Part shown: positions 54,505-64,000 of the stretch, piece after piece | Numbering within the stretch: the stretch's first letter is position 1 | How the letters are laid out: the number at the start of each line of letters is the position of its first letter | Source of the DNA: a virus | Lineage: Duplodnaviria; Caudoviricetes | DNA length: 64,000 nucleotides | Virus record (IMG/VR): IMGVR_UViG_3300005445_000001 | Location: 21,651-85,650 of that record | Strand: one strand, 5' to 3' | Notes under the pieces: generated by a model | Seen by the model: the letters and a program-made list of their open reading frames with translations, nothing else | The model's database searches: none | Told to the model about the DNA's origin: nothing | Translations under genes and position numbers: made by a program

Positions 54505-55071
54505 ATGCCCGCTCAAAGTACGTTGCATCAAGTCTTGACGTACACCCTCGTCGCGGCGGGTGGTCAGGCTTCGCTGCCACACAACATCAACTTCAACGGT
54601 CGTGCGCTGATCCCCGACATCCTATTTCGGGATGATGGTGATTTCTCGATTGTTTTGGTGACCACGACGGCGATCGTCGTCCAGAACAATAGCGCATTAG
54701 CCGCGACGTTGAACCTGTGGCTGTTCAAGCTTCACACGCTCGAGATGGAGTTTGGAGCTCGGGGGATTCAGAACCTCAATCCGCTTCCGTTCGTGCCCGC
54801 TGCGGGCGCGGGTGGTGGCGGCGGCATTCCAGCCCAGGCGTTCCGTTACATCGCGACCGGTCTTGAGGGTTCCGACTTCATGGTCAACCTTCCAGCGGCG
54901 CGCCCCAACGATACCTACAAGGTCTTCGGCAACGGTGCTGGGATGGCGATGATCGTTGGTTTCGACTTTCCAGACATCCTAGCTGGTGATCGCACGACGA
55001 CGCAATTTCGCGTCGTGACGACCGCTGCACTCACCGCTGGAGATCAAATCGATTTATTCGTGACGAACTGA
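54505..55071 (+). CDS. spike-associated protein, paralog of 59695-60144
   Basis: Shared C-domain ATG.EG.DFMV...PNDTY...AGDRTTTQFRV.T..ALTAGD. Confidence 0.65.
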   Translation: MPAQSTLHQVLTYTLVAAGGQASLPHNINFNGRALIPDILFRDDGDFSIVLVTTTAIVVQNNSALAATLNLWLFKLHTLEMEFGARGIQNLNPLPFVPAAGAGGGGGIPAQAFRYIATGLEGSDFMVNLPAARPNDTYKVFGNGAGMAMIVGFDFPDILAGDRTTTQFRVVTTAALTAGDQIDLFVTN

Positions 55072-55078
55072 GGTCCGC

Positions 55079-57196
55079 ATGAGCAAGGTCTTAACGGCTG
55101 ATCAAATCAGACTTCACGCCGTGGATCTTCTGCAACAAGCAGCGGATCCTAGTGCAGGCGGTGGTGTCGCTGCGGCGATCGGCTCGTTCTACTTGCGTTC
55201 GGGAACCGGTCAGGCATGGCTAAAGACTGGTGCGGGAAACACGGCATGGACCAAGCTCGTTCAGAGTTATGGTTGGCTCTCGGTAAAGGATTATGGCGCT
55301 GTTGGTGATGGCGTCACCGACGACACTGCGTCGATCCAAGCCGCAATCAACGACGCCGCAACCGCGGGCGGCAACGTTGTCTTCTTCCCGCCCGGAACGT
55401 ATGCGGTAACGCAACTCACGCTCAACAACCAAAGCAACGTGCAGTTGCGCGGTGCGGGCGCAGGCTCCGTCATCAAATGGGTGTGGAACGCGGCGACTGC
55501 AGCCGGCTCGATGATCACGCTCTCGGGTGGCACGCAGCGGGTGAAGATCGAGAGCCTACGTCTCGATGGCTCTGGGCTGACGAATCCCGATGCCGGACGT
55601 GGCAATCACCTCATCGCCATTGGTACCGGCGCTGGTGCGGTCGTGGAGACGCAAATCAACAACTGCCAGCTGGGCAACATGATCGCGAGCTCCGGCGACG
55701 GCGTTCACATCTTGGGAACCGCTGGCAACATCGTATCGCGTGTGTGGGTGTCCGACTGCGTGCTCACCTCGTGCTCGCGGTTCGGCGTCGGTGTTGAACA
55801 AGGCGCTGAGTATCTTTGGGTCCAGAGCAACTACTTCACCGGCAACGAAACCGATGTCGCGATTGTTGCAACGGCGGATCTCAACACGGCGGCTGTTATC
55901 GTCTATGGAAACGAGATCCAGCACACCGGTACCGTGCACCATGCGATGCGCTTTGAAGGTGGAGCGACGACGTTCATCACCAAATTGATCGTCGCCGAGA
56001 ACGTGGTCATCGGTGGGTTCGCCACGCTCAACCGGGCGCAGTCGGCGATCATCACCGGCAACGTGCAGACGTCTGGCTCGTTCGCTTCGACGAATGCTGT
56101 GTGGCGAATCTTCGGTAACGTGACCGACTCGATCGTGACGAACAACTTCATCGATCGCGAGTCGGGCTCAAGTGCAGGCCCGTGTATCACGTGCGAAAAA
56201 TCGACGAACTCGCCCAAAAACATTCGGTTCGGTCAGAACGTGCTCTCGCAGGAGAAGCAGGGCGCTAACTTCATGAACATCATCGACTGCACGCGGATCT
56301 CCGTCGGGCAGTGCATCTTTCATGCAACGGACGCTGGCGGCTCGACGATGTTTGGCGTGGACGTCCAAGCGGTAACCGTCGCAGCGACCGACATTCTCAT
56401 CGGCCATGCCAACCAATTCAGTGCTGCGGCGGGGTCAATGGCTGCGTGCGTGCGACTGCTCGCGAACGGCGCCAACGTCACTGACATCTCCGTCGTTGGT
56501 AACCAAGGCGACGGCGCCGACTACGGAGGTCGATTCGAGATCGGGGGTGGGGGAGGCACGTTCAATGGTCAGCTGCTCTACGGTGGAAACAACTTCGACT
56601 CGAGTGTTGGCAGCGTCAACCAAGTGGGCGTCACGGTACGGCCTAGGATCGGCGCCAATGCAGCTGTGACTGCCTCGCAGCTCTTCACCGGTACTGGCTC
56701 CCCAGAAGCTACGGTTACGGCTACCATTGGCTCTTTGTACTTGCGCTCAGACGGTGGGCAGGCGACGAGTGTCTACTACAAGGAAACAGGCACGGGCAAT
56801 ACCGGATGGATTGGGATCGGTGGCGCGCCGATCATATTTGGTACCGGCGATGTGACCACAGTTGCTACTGCGGTGTTCCTTGCTCCGGGATGGATCGCTA
56901 CAGCCATCGCCACAGAGATTCAGTTTGCGATCACCCGTCCAGGCACGATCCGCAACTTCTACGTTCGAGTTGCCGTTGCAGGTACGACCTCAACAACAAA
57001 TACGTATACTGTTCGAAAGAACGGCGTGGATACCACGCTCACTGCGGGGCTCAACAACACCGCAACCGGCACAGCGTCTGACACGACGCATAGCTTTACG
57101 GTTGTCGCTGGCGATCTGATCTCGGTGGACTGCGTCAAGGGTGGGGCGGTTGCGTCGGGACAGACCCTCGTCACCGCTACGATGGAGCAAGCGTAG
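55079..57196 (+). CDS. receptor-binding spike with pectate-lyase-like beta-helix
   Basis: SVKDYGAVGDGVTDDTASIQAAI...FFPPGTY; parallel beta-helix repeats. Confidence 0.85.
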   Translation: MSKVLTADQIRLHAVDLLQQAADPSAGGGVAAAIGSFYLRSGTGQAWLKTGAGNTAWTKLVQSYGWLSVKDYGAVGDGVTDDTASIQAAINDAATAGGNVVFFPPGTYAVTQLTLNNQSNVQLRGAGAGSVIKWVWNAATAAGSMITLSGGTQRVKIESLRLDGSGLTNPDAGRGNHLIAIGTGAGAVVETQINNCQLGNMIASSGDGVHILGTAGNIVSRVWVSDCVLTSCSRFGVGVEQGAEYLWVQSNYFTGNETDVAIVATADLNTAAVIVYGNEIQHTGTVHHAMRFEGGATTFITKLIVAENVVIGGFATLNRAQSAIITGNVQTSGSFASTNAVWRIFGNVTDSIVTNNFIDRESGSSAGPCITCEKSTNSPKNIRFGQNVLSQEKQGANFMNIIDCTRISVGQCIFHATDAGGSTMFGVDVQAVTVAATDILIGHANQFSAAAGSMAACVRLLANGANVTDISVVGNQGDGADYGGRFEIGGGGGTFNGQLLYGGNNFDSSVGSVNQVGVTVRPRIGANAAVTASQLFTGTGSPEATVTATIGSLYLRSDGGQATSVYYKETGTGNTGWIGIGGAPIIFGTGDVTTVATAVFLAPGWIATAIATEIQFAITRPGTIRNFYVRVAVAGTTSTTNTYTVRKNGVDTTLTAGLNNTATGTASDTTHSFTVVAGDLISVDCVKGGAVASGQTLVTATMEQA

Positions 57197-59406
57197 TGTC
57201 CAAGTCACTTGCCGCAGATCGTCTCAAGCTAGCGCTCGCGACGTGGGCGCAAGAGACGACCAAGCCAAATATCGACTCTGCCGTCGGGTCGCTCTGGATG
57301 CGCAACGGCAGCTATCCGACGATCCCGACCGAGCTCTACCTCAAGACCGCCGCGACCGCGAACGGATGGATCAAGGAGAACCTTGTCAACATCAACGTCT
57401 TCAACGTGAAGGACTACGGTGCGCTCGGCGACGGCGTCACCAACGACACCGCAGCGATCCAAGCAGCCATCGACGCAGCCAACGCCGCAGGTGGTGGTCA
57501 AGTCTACTTCCCGGCGACGGCAAATTATTACTCCGTCGTGAAGACCGCTGGTGGTGGGCATGCTGATGTGTTGTCGGTGTCCAACGTCGCCAACGTGACC
57601 TTCATCGGAGATGGTTATGCCTCCAAGATCCGGCAGACCGGATCCGCTGAGGCATCGGAGACCCATCTATTTGGTGTTCACAATGGATCCAACAAACTCA
57701 AGTTCATCAACCTGTTCGTCGACGTCTCACTGATTACGAATCCCGATCCCACCTCGCAGAACCACGCGCTCAACATCTACGGCAAGGCGGGTGATCCTAA
57801 CGGAGGGCCTTCGAATGTCGAGATTCGCGGCTGCTACTTTGGGCGCTGCGTTGGCGATGCCGTACGATTCATTGGTGAGGTCGGCCAGGAAGTCCAGAAC
57901 GTTCGTGTACTCAATAACATCTTTGATGCTGAGGATGGTAACGGCGGATCGCGTACGTGCGTTTCTGCGCAGCGCAACAGCCGATACATACAATGCCACT
58001 TCAATTGGATCCGTGGTTCGCATGATCAGCAAATCGATTGGGAGCCGACCGCTGGACCCGGACCCATACAATGGTCAATCATCGGCAACCACATCGACAA
58101 CGAGAGTCATGTTGTTGACGCAGTGACACTGTCGGGTGCCGGTGACACGAACGCGTCGATGCGCAACATCTACGCGTACAACACCCTCAACAATGGTGGG
58201 GGCATCTTTGGCGTCGCCGTCGGCCCCCTCGTCTTCCACGGTAACTATCAGGAACTCTCGGTAGGCGGCACAGGGACGATCGTACTTGAGCAATTCGGTC
58301 AGTATGAGCAAGTGACGTCGAACATCGTGCGAAACACCGAGCTCGATGTACCACAGGCGACAATACTTGTTTCTACTGTTGGTGTGAGTATTACGACAGA
58401 TCTGCTCATTGCAGATAATTTGGTGTTCCAGACATCAACGAGGGCCGGTGGTGCAGCCACTATCGCTATTCAAGATGTAGACAATGCGGTTCTTACTGGA
58501 AACCACTGCAGTGTCAACGATACGCAGATCAACAGTGTAGGATTGACGTCGAGTACGGTGTCACGTGCGGTGAACAAAAACGTGTTCTCTGGCAACATGA
58601 TTTTCAACGATGGTGCTGCAGCATTTCTTGCTGCAGTCCGAGCCTCAACGAGCGCTGCACACAATCTGAAGAATCTTATCCAGAGTTTCAACCACGCAAA
58701 TCTGGGGGTAGGCAGCACGAACGGTATCCGATGGGATGTATCCGGTGGAGCGTTGTATACTGGGGGCCAGCAAGCGTGTTGCAACAACCTTGTTGGTGTA
58801 ACGGGCGCCGGTCAGGCATTGAATTTTGGGGGTGTTGGGGGGCCGGTAATCATAGAAGGGGAGACGGGACCAGGAACCCAGATTCAAGCGCAAAATTTCC
58901 CGACCGCGACAGAAGGAAATGCGACGGGACCCGTCGGATCGATCAACCTCAACAGCAACTCGTCTGCGGGCGCTGGAAAACTCTTCAATATCAAGGAAAG
59001 CGGATCGGGTAACACGGGATGGATCGGCGTCGGCGGTTTTGACTTCATCATGGGAGCAGCCGCCGGCTCGACGGCAACGGCCGCACGATTCTTCGCGCCC
59101 GGAGGGATGGCGCTTGCGGTTGAAACTGCGACTGAGATCCAGTGGGTCGTGCCCAGGCCTTGTACGATCAGAAATCTACGGCTCGTCTGCATTGCAGGTA
59201 CAGGTGGCGGCAATAACACATATCGGATTAGGAAAAACGGCGTAAATGCCAATCCGACGCTTACGATTGCTAATACAGCCACCAGTGGAACGAACACACT
59301 AACGACGACGGCGGTTGCAGGCGATCTCATCTCGATGCAGGTGACTAAGACGGTTGCCCCGGCGACGCCTCAGACTAACATCATCATCGCCACGGAGCTC
59401 GTATGA
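57196..59406 (+). CDS. second receptor-binding spike with pectate-lyase-like beta-helix
   Basis: NVKDYGALGDGVTNDTAAIQAAI...VYFP; C-terminal domain paralogous to 55079-57196. Confidence 0.85.
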   Translation: MSKSLAADRLKLALATWAQETTKPNIDSAVGSLWMRNGSYPTIPTELYLKTAATANGWIKENLVNINVFNVKDYGALGDGVTNDTAAIQAAIDAANAAGGGQVYFPATANYYSVVKTAGGGHADVLSVSNVANVTFIGDGYASKIRQTGSAEASETHLFGVHNGSNKLKFINLFVDVSLITNPDPTSQNHALNIYGKAGDPNGGPSNVEIRGCYFGRCVGDAVRFIGEVGQEVQNVRVLNNIFDAEDGNGGSRTCVSAQRNSRYIQCHFNWIRGSHDQQIDWEPTAGPGPIQWSIIGNHIDNESHVVDAVTLSGAGDTNASMRNIYAYNTLNNGGGIFGVAVGPLVFHGNYQELSVGGTGTIVLEQFGQYEQVTSNIVRNTELDVPQATILVSTVGVSITTDLLIADNLVFQTSTRAGGAATIAIQDVDNAVLTGNHCSVNDTQINSVGLTSSTVSRAVNKNVFSGNMIFNDGAAAFLAAVRASTSAAHNLKNLIQSFNHANLGVGSTNGIRWDVSGGALYTGGQQACCNNLVGVTGAGQALNFGGVGGPVIIEGETGPGTQIQAQNFPTATEGNATGPVGSINLNSNSSAGAGKLFNIKESGSGNTGWIGVGGFDFIMGAAAGSTATAARFFAPGGMALAVETATEIQWVVPRPCTIRNLRLVCIAGTGGGNNTYRIRKNGVNANPTLTIANTATSGTNTLTTTAVAGDLISMQVTKTVAPATPQTNIIIATELV

Positions 59407-59684
59407 ATCAAGTCAGTGTTGGAGATCGCGTTCTATTTCATTACGTCGAGGCTCACGTCTGTGGTGGTGTCAACTGCAAGTGCGACGACGAAGCTCCCAA
59501 GCAATCGCGCGAAGCTGTTATCACGGCGATCATCGACGATGAGGGTGTGCCTACACTCGCGCTAGAAGTCGAATTCTCCCCCGAGGAAGTTGCTATCCAC
59601 GGATGGAGCAAAGAACAGACATGCCCGATCGCAAATCAAGACACGGGCACGTCGTCACGTAGTGGATGGACGTTGCCGAGCTGA
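59403..59684 (+). CDS. hypothetical protein
   Basis: VGDRVLFHY...REAVITAI. Confidence 0.55.
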   Translation: MNQVSVGDRVLFHYVEAHVCGGVNCKCDDEAPKQSREAVITAIIDDEGVPTLALEVEFSPEEVAIHGWSKEQTCPIANQDTGTSSRSGWTLPS

Positions 59685-59694
59685 GAGGTGAATC

Positions 59695-60144
59695 ATGAGC
59701 AAGGCGCTAGAAGTCAACACCCTGACCGTTCCCAACGGAACGGTCTCACCGACTCTCGAGTCGATCAACGTCGACCCGACGGCCGGCGGCGGGCATGCCG
59801 CTCCGCTCGGCTCGCTTCTGATGCGCACCGATGTCGTAGGTCTCTACATCAAGACCGCTGCGGGAAACACAGCGTGGACGAAGCTCGTCAGCGAGCTCTT
59901 GCTCCGTGCCGTGGACTACGTCGCAACGGGTGTCGAGGGAACCGACTTCATGGTCACGATCGGCGTGACGCTCCCCAACGATACCTATGAGGTCTATTGG
60001 GCCCCCAAAGGCGTGGCACTGATCCCAGTGCTCGATCTCCCCGACACGCTCGCAGGCGATCGCACGACGACACAGTTTAGGGTGATCACGAGCTCCGCGC
60101 TGACCGCGGGCGACATCCTCTCGTTTTTGGTGTTCCAAGCATGA
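59695..60144 (+). CDS. spike adaptor-like protein
   Basis: DPTAGGG..APLGSL.MRTD module + C-domain shared with 54505-55071. Confidence 0.7.
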   Translation: MSKALEVNTLTVPNGTVSPTLESINVDPTAGGGHAAPLGSLLMRTDVVGLYIKTAAGNTAWTKLVSELLLRAVDYVATGVEGTDFMVTIGVTLPNDTYEVYWAPKGVALIPVLDLPDTLAGDRTTTQFRVITSSALTAGDILSFLVFQA

Positions 60145-60152
60145 GGTAGTCC

Positions 60153-61280
60153 ATGGCGATCAAGTCTCTCTCCTCCAACACGCTGACCGTTCCCAACGGA
60201 ACGGTTTCTCCGACGGTGATCTCGTTCAATGGAGATCCGACGGGTGGTGGAGGTGTTGCGGCGCCATTGGGCTCGTTCCTCATGCGCACCGACAATGGCT
60301 CGATCTACGTGAAGACGGGCGCGGCGGCTACGGCGTGGACTGTGGTACCGCTCACTGGAGGAGCTCAAGCAGGTATCGGCCTGTTTGGTACGGGCATCGA
60401 TGGAGCGTTCACGTTCGATGGCGCCGCTACGCTGACGACTTGGAATGGCGTCGCCATTGCGCCCGTTGCTAACGTCTACTCGCTAACCCAAGACATCTTT
60501 CTCACGACTGGAACCGTCAATGGTGGCATCACGGTCAAGATGAACGGCTTCCGCATCTTCGCTTCAACGAGTCTTGGCGGAGCCGGCACGATTCAAAGCA
60601 ACGGCACCAATGGCGCTGTGGGTGGTGCTGTTCTAGGCGGCAACGGTGGAGCGGCTCCATTTACGGGTGGGTACTTTGTCAATCCAAACGCTGGCGGCAA
60701 TGGCGGCAGTTCTGGATTCGGCAACGGTCAATCACCAGCAGGTCTAAACCCAACTCCATATGGGTTTAACGCGGCTGCGGCTGCGGCGGGCGCCAACGGC
60801 AATTCACCGAGCGGTGGCGCTGGTGGTGGTGGTGGTGGTGGATCGGGCGGACAAGGTGGTGGACTCACACAGTCAAACGCCAATGATGGCGGATTCTTCA
60901 TGTACGAGCGGTTGATCACCGGCAAGAATACGGCCTATGCAAACCTCAACTTGGCTGGTGGTAGTGGTGGTGGCGGCGGCGGAGCAGCCGGTAGCGGCGG
61001 CGGTGGTGGAGGATCGGGTGCAGGCCCTGTTGCGGTAGCAACCGCCAAGATTTTGGGCACGCTTGCATTCCAGGCCAACGGCGGCAATGGTGGTGACGGC
61101 AATGTGGGTGGTGGAGGTGGTGGCGGCGGCGGCGGTGGAGCCACGATGATTTTGCTCACCACTTCAGTTGCTGCCGGCGTAACGACAACCGCAAATGGTG
61201 GAACGCATGGGTTGGGCACGGGCGGCTTAGCGAATGGTGGCAATGGTGCGGCTGGCAAGATCATCATCGCGCCGCCGTGA
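60153..61280 (+). CDS. Gly-rich fibre protein
   Basis: Same N-terminal module; long GGGG/GxNG tracts. Confidence 0.75.
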   Translation: MAIKSLSSNTLTVPNGTVSPTVISFNGDPTGGGGVAAPLGSFLMRTDNGSIYVKTGAAATAWTVVPLTGGAQAGIGLFGTGIDGAFTFDGAATLTTWNGVAIAPVANVYSLTQDIFLTTGTVNGGITVKMNGFRIFASTSLGGAGTIQSNGTNGAVGGAVLGGNGGAAPFTGGYFVNPNAGGNGGSSGFGNGQSPAGLNPTPYGFNAAAAAAGANGNSPSGGAGGGGGGGSGGQGGGLTQSNANDGGFFMYERLITGKNTAYANLNLAGGSGGGGGGAAGSGGGGGGSGAGPVAVATAKILGTLAFQANGGNGGDGNVGGGGGGGGGGGATMILLTTSVAAGVTTTANGGTHGLGTGGLANGGNGAAGKIIIAPP

Positions 61281-61307
61281 TCTCCGTAGCGCGTGATACA
61301 AAGAGGC

Positions 61308-61934
61308 ATGTCCCGAAGACCACGCGAACAACAAGCCCAAGATCAACTCGAGCTCCCACGCATTCCGACCTTCGGCAGTTCCGATGCACATCCGGCTCAA
61401 CCCGAGCCGGAGAGAGGCGTCGTGGAGGTGTTCACCCTAGATGACGCAAAAGCCAATGTTCAGGCTTCGGACATCGCACAGAAGTTTGGCGAGCTTGTTC
61501 ACTCGCTCCACGAGACAGCGCGGCAACGCGACGAGCTCGCGCAGGAGCTCGAATGGGCCAAGGGATGCGAACGGACGCAGGCCGAAACCGTCCAACGGCT
61601 CACGGAGGAGATGAATCAGGTCCGCGTCGACGCCGAGGCGCACATCAAGGCTGAGCTCGAAGTGATGAGCAGCCATCTCGAGGGTGTCCAAGGCGAACTT
61701 GCAGCGTCAACTCTCGCGAAGGGTGACCTCGAGTATCAGCTCTCTCAGCTGCGTGATCGGCTCGAGAAGTTGACGACCTCGAAGGTCTACGCGTTCTACC
61801 CGAGTAGGCCGAACACGCCACGCGTCTACGTGCTTGCACCGACGATGAGTGATGCCGTGATCAAGTACGAATTTGCGCTACCCGATCATCCGCTGGGACA
61901 GATCTCCGTCGCCGTCGACAAGTTCATCTTGTGA
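61308..61934 (+). CDS. coiled-coil hypothetical protein
   Basis: Long heptad region. Confidence 0.6.
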   Translation: MSRRPREQQAQDQLELPRIPTFGSSDAHPAQPEPERGVVEVFTLDDAKANVQASDIAQKFGELVHSLHETARQRDELAQELEWAKGCERTQAETVQRLTEEMNQVRVDAEAHIKAELEVMSSHLEGVQGELAASTLAKGDLEYQLSQLRDRLEKLTTSKVYAFYPSRPNTPRVYVLAPTMSDAVIKYEFALPDHPLGQISVAVDKFIL

Positions 61935-61946
61935 TATTCTCCAAGG

Positions 61947-62174
61947 ATGCTTCAATCCTTGAAGGATCTCCTCGGTAGTGAGCATGGCCTCTTGGCGATG
62001 CTCCTCATCATTGCTGCGACCGTCCTCGTCGGCGTCGGCAAGATGACGATCGACAACTGGCAGACGATGGCGGAATGGGTCTTCACCGCGTTTGGCGGAA
62101 CCCATGCTGTGGTGGCAGTCGCCGACGCGATGAGCTCGAAGAAGCCTGACGCGCCAGCGGAGACGGCCAAGTGA
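61947..62174 (+). CDS. putative holin (two hydrophobic helices)
   Basis: TM + amphipathic helix, charged tail, upstream of endolysin. Confidence 0.55.
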   Translation: MLQSLKDLLGSEHGLLAMLLIIAATVLVGVGKMTIDNWQTMAEWVFTAFGGTHAVVAVADAMSSKKPDAPAETAK

Positions 62175-62551
62175 GGACCCCAGTCACCGTACGACTGATC
62201 GCCGCTTTCGCCGCGCTCATGATCGTCGCTTCGTGCGGACCGAGCGCCCGTGAGAAGACACTTCGAGGAACGTTTGCAGCCATCGACGCGAGCCGCAAGG
62301 CGTTCACCACATGGGATCTCAAGCACCAAGAGGAGATCGTTGCGAAGGCTCCGAGCCTCATCGAAGGCCGAACGCAGATCGACGCGTATCGAGCCGAGCG
62401 CAAAGCTCTCCTAGATGCATTCATCGTCGCGTATCGGGCTATCGCGATTGCTGCTGTCGCACAAGACAACGGCTCGCTCATGGATGCGCTCGCTGCGGGC
62501 AAGGCACTTGCCGACGCGATCAAGAAGTTGACTGGCGGATCGCTTCCTTAG
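62171..62551 (+). CDS. helical lipoprotein (spanin-like)
   Basis: AALMIVAS-C lipobox. Confidence 0.55.
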   Translation: MRTPVTVRLIAAFAALMIVASCGPSAREKTLRGTFAAIDASRKAFTTWDLKHQEEIVAKAPSLIEGRTQIDAYRAERKALLDAFIVAYRAIAIAAVAQDNGSLMDALAAGKALADAIKKLTGGSLP

Positions 62552-63002
62552 GTCGCGAATACTCGAAGTGGTTGCAGCTGATCCGCTTCCTGATCAGCTT
62601 CCCTTCCCTGCACAGCTTGGCGAGATACGTGAAGAGATAACGCTCCCAAGTTTCTCCGTAGACCTCGAAAACGCGGTCGCGAAGCACGCCGTAGGTGACC
62701 GGGAACCGTCCGACGCATTCGAGAATGACGTCGGGGAGAACCTTCTTGTGGATGTGTGGTCGTCCCTTGCCGAACCTGTCGCCGTAATTCCTTGTCTTGG
62801 CCCTGCATTCTCCGCAGAAGTTTAGGAAGTCTTGATGGAAATGAGGTCGTCTACGTGACCTTCCACATCGAGCGCAAGTCATCTTATGGCAGTGTTCCTT
62901 GAACAGCTCAGCTTCTGCGCATCGATAGCAAAGATCTAGGTGATGAGTTAGCGTTCTCGTTTTGAGTCTAGGTCCTCCGCATCGAGCACAGTCGGGTTTC
63001 AC
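62520..63002 (-). CDS. Zn-finger + winged-helix-like protein
   Basis: CARC...CYRC, CARC...CGEC; YG...YLAKLCREGKLIR; GTG 63002. Confidence 0.55.
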   Translation of the reverse strand: MKPDCARCGGPRLKTRTLTHHLDLCYRCAEAELFKEHCHKMTCARCGRSRRRPHFHQDFLNFCGECRAKTRNYGDRFGKGRPHIHKKVLPDVILECVGRFPVTYGVLRDRVFEVYGETWERYLFTYLAKLCREGKLIRKRISCNHFEYSRPKEAIRQSTS

Positions 63003-63061
63003 TAGGATCAATCCTAGATCGGCCCTAGGAGAGTCTCCTCGCGATCTGCTAACCTTGAGAC

Positions 63062-63334
63062 ATGTGGAAGCTAGCTCGCAATGCTCTGTCGATGTTCTCA
63101 GCGACGGTGACCGGCCTCGAAGCGATCGGACTGCTCTCGCACACGACCGGCGACAAGACGCAAGACGCGCTCTCGGCGATCGGTGCGATCGTGACAACTC
63201 TCGTCGAGGGATTCCAAGGCAAGGTTGATCCCAAGGCGATCGAAGACGCGATCAACACGCTCACGGCCGACATTTTGGCCAACGATAACAAGGTCGATCA
63301 GGATCTCGTCGACAAGTTCAGGTCTGGACTGTGA
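63062..63334 (+). CDS. amphipathic helical protein
   Basis: TG-C-TAACCT 6 nt upstream. Confidence 0.6.
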   Translation: MWKLARNALSMFSATVTGLEAIGLLSHTTGDKTQDALSAIGAIVTTLVEGFQGKVDPKAIEDAINTLTADILANDNKVDQDLVDKFRSGL

Positions 63335-63588
63335 GCCAAGTAGTCAACATCCACTTGGTTCCGGGCGACGTCGCTCCTCGATATGACTCACCGATCGAAG
63401 AGATCAAGCTCGAGCACGTCACCATCACCGAACAGGGAACGCAAAGCCATCTGCCGATGCTGGATTTCGTGATGACCGGCGCAGACGGCAAGCGATACCT
63501 GATGGTGATCACCGGACGGATCGCCAATTCGATCTCTGCGGCCGTGAAGGGAGTCAACATGCGCAACCACGGGACGCCCGAACCGTGA
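63331..63588 (+). CDS. hypothetical protein
   Basis: GTGA overlap. Confidence 0.55.
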   Translation: MSQVVNIHLVPGDVAPRYDSPIEEIKLEHVTITEQGTQSHLPMLDFVMTGADGKRYLMVITGRIANSISAAVKGVNMRNHGTPEP

Positions 63589-63698
63589 CCCGCCTACCCA
63601 AGTTTGAAACCGTGATCGCGCGGGGCAAACGCAAGCTGATTCGCAAGGAACGCCACGCAGCACGGATGCGACGCAAAAATCGAAGAGGATGGGCCTGA
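63585..63698 (+). CDS. 37-aa basic peptide (not in ORF track)
   Basis: GTGA and TGATG overlaps; ARGKRKLIRKERHAARMRRKNRR. Confidence 0.5.
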   Translation: MTRLPKFETVIARGKRKLIRKERHAARMRRKNRRGWA

Positions 63699-64000
63699 TG
63701 TACGGACTCGATACCGCATCGGTTGATTCGAACCCCAAACCCAATTGGACGCTCGCAAGGAAGTACGCCGATTGGATCTACCTTCGGCGAAGCTTTTGCT
63801 ACTGGAACGGTACTAGGTACATCGCGAGCGAAGACACCTACTACAAGCGTGATGCGCAGCCCGCGCGCGATGCCGGATTCGTCGTCGGTGCGTACCTGTT
63901 CCCGGGCTACTGGCAAGGCGCACCATCGCCCGAGGATCAGGTCAAGGTGTTCGTCGATGCTGCGGGCGACATCGTCAAGGGGAAGGACTTCATTCCAGCA
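63698..64000 (+). CDS. GH25-like muramidase endolysin (3' truncated by window edge)
   Basis: MYGLDTAS...W...YLRRS...EDTYY...ARDAGFVVGAYLF...EDQVKVF, matching the GH25 N-terminal half. Confidence 0.7.
   Translation, partial: MYGLDTASVDSNPKPNWTLARKYADWIYLRRSFCYWNGTRYIASEDTYYKRDAQPARDAGFVVGAYLFPGYWQGAPSPEDQVKVFVDAAGDIVKGKDFIPA

Noticed and set aside
60700-61260. GGT/GGC runs as a DNA repeat element
   Set aside because: Explained by the poly-Gly fibre coding sequence
1-64000. tRNA, rRNA or CRISPR arrays
   Set aside because: No cloverleaf with T-loop/CCA features and no regularly spaced repeats were noticed by eye; tRNAscan and CRISPR finders were not run
1-64000. Alternative genetic code
   Set aside because: Long conserved genes (PolA, helicases, spikes) are intact under the standard code and all three stops are used

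Overview
The window is a 64-kb stretch of a high-GC dsDNA bacterial virus genome, cut at both ends. It has three parts. (1) A leftward replication and nucleotide-metabolism block (about 5.7-26 kb): UDG-fused PolA, SNF2 helicase, SF3-like ATPase, DUF669 SSB, AAA_24 ATPase, PD-(D/E)XK nuclease, ThyX, two DNA methyltransferases and several AT-rich HNH genes. (2) A mixed regulatory region with an AT-rich origin candidate at about 29.5-29.8 kb. (3) A virion and lysis block (about 37-64 kb). I found no terminase, portal, HK97 capsid or tail tube/sheath gene. Instead there are two candidate single-jelly-roll capsid proteins (236 and 165 aa), about 18 C-terminally anchored membrane proteins, many protamine-like peptides, a membrane-tethered transglutaminase-like Cys-His-Asp enzyme, a thioredoxin and beta-helix spikes. 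I infer a tailless, internal-membrane virus (Helvetiavirae/Halopanivirales-like) with an unusually large genome; this comes from sequence patterns only and needs structure prediction. Other patterns read directly from the sequence: a recurring G-[L/F]-G motif in virion proteins (possible maturation site), more than 20 TAnnnT -10 boxes 6-7 nt before start codons (leaderless mRNAs), a structured ~270-nt RNA after the SSB gene, and a 23-bp inverted repeat around a methyltransferase gene. The host is probably a high-GC diderm bacterium; Myxococcota-like is a weak guess. Many start codons were reassigned from the ORF track using RBS, promoter and stop/start-overlap evidence.
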